Assembly: GCF_009914755.1 (NCBI RefSeq)
Contig: NC_060929.1
Reading direction: 5' to 3' (one strand)
DNA from: the human T2T-CHM13v2.0 reference genome, Homo sapiens
DNA: 64,000 bases
Made by a program: the position numbers and the translations under genes. Below the pieces are notes generated by a model that was given only the letters and a program-made list of their open reading frames with translations, was not told where the DNA came from and made no database searches. Positions 57,591 to 64,000 of this stretch are shown in pieces (the stretch's first letter is position 1; every line of letters starts with the position of its first letter).

Positions 57591-58629
57591 GGCCAGCATG
57601 GTAGCTCACTCCTGTAATCCCAGCACTTTGGGAGGCCAAGGTGGTAGGACAGCTTGAGGCCAGGAGTTCAAGACCAGCCTGGGTAACAGAGTGAGACCTC
57701 ATGTCTACAAAAAAATAAGGCTGGGTGTTGTGGCAGGGACCTGTAGTCCCAGCTCCTCAGGATGCTGAGATAGGATCATCACTTGAGCCCACCAGTTTGA
57801 GGCTTCGGTTAGCTATGATTGCGCCACTGTACTCCAGCCTGGATGACAGAATGAGATCCTGTCTCAAAAAAATATATATGTATATTATAAGGTGGGAAAC
57901 AGACCCAAAGTCTGAGCTCAGGGCCTGCCTTAAACTCTGGCTTCTGTATGTCCAGGTCTGCGGTTCAGAGCCTTGGAGGAAACCACTGTGATACTCTCTG
58001 GCTTCATTGTCTCCCTACTAGTTGGGGTCACAGTATTATAGGAAAGAGACCCATGGATTTGTAAGAGAGATATCTGTTTAAAGCAGATTCACCTTCCATG
58101 CAATCCATCCTTCTTTCCCGTGGCTTCATGGTGAATTGCAATTTTAAGTAGAGGTATCTGAAGAGAGTTACATACTTATAAAGATTCACTAAGCTTCAAC
58201 CACATGCCAGGCATTGGAGATACAACGGTGAGGCAACACAGACACAATTTCTGTCGTCTTACAGTCAGGGGTGAGCTATATAACCAACACATCTATAAAA
58301 CTGTCACCGTGACAAGTGTCAGGAAGCACAGCCAGCCAGATGCAATTGAGAAATGGAAATTTGATCTAGTGAAAGAGATCTGGGATAAGCTTCCTTGAGG
58401 AAGCGACACGTGAGGAGGGATGTGAAGGAGAATTGGAATTATGTGGGAAAGGCAGGGAGAAGAGAGTTCCAGTCTGAGGCCACAGCTTGTGCAGCCTCCC
58501 ATGGCTCAAGGCAGCATGGCAAGGGTGAGCAGAATGCCACTGAGGCTGCAGCATGGGAGCAAGCAGAAGGGCAAAGCAGGTGTTCAGAGAAACACACCTG
58601 CTGAAATGAGTACAGAGATACCCTTAGAT

Positions 58630-64000
<5,371 letters not shown>

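Overview
This is primate (almost certainly human) genomic DNA. It is rich in Alu, L1 and LTR elements and contains no intact protein-coding gene. The main feature is an unprocessed (intron-containing), 5'-truncated duplicate of acetoacetyl-CoA synthetase on the minus strand (about 16.5-46.9 kb). I traced ten exons with their splice sites, corresponding to AACS exons 9-18. They carry frameshifts, a premature stop, a destroyed acceptor, an insertion-split exon and loss of the adenylation (A10) lysine. This fits the known pseudogene AACSP1. The rest is repeats: about 45 Alus; solo LTRs with target-site duplications (MER41B, LTR22, THE1, LTR5); MLT/MER4/ERVL relics; a 1.6-kb L1PA; older L1 pieces; a 1-kb (GGT/GAT)n tract; and two minisatellites. 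The most unusual things visible directly are: (i) a minisatellite made of tandem copies of an exon/5'-splice-site junction; (ii) two locally templated insertions, one of which splits a pseudo-exon; (iii) head-to-tail repetition of a diverged L1 3'-half unit at 58.6-64 kb. I found no evidence for a new protein-coding system. Nearly all ORFs in the track are repeat-derived or random. AACS exon numbers and lengths and repeat subfamily names come from my recall of reference sequences, not from a database search. Repeat boundaries without TSDs are approximate.
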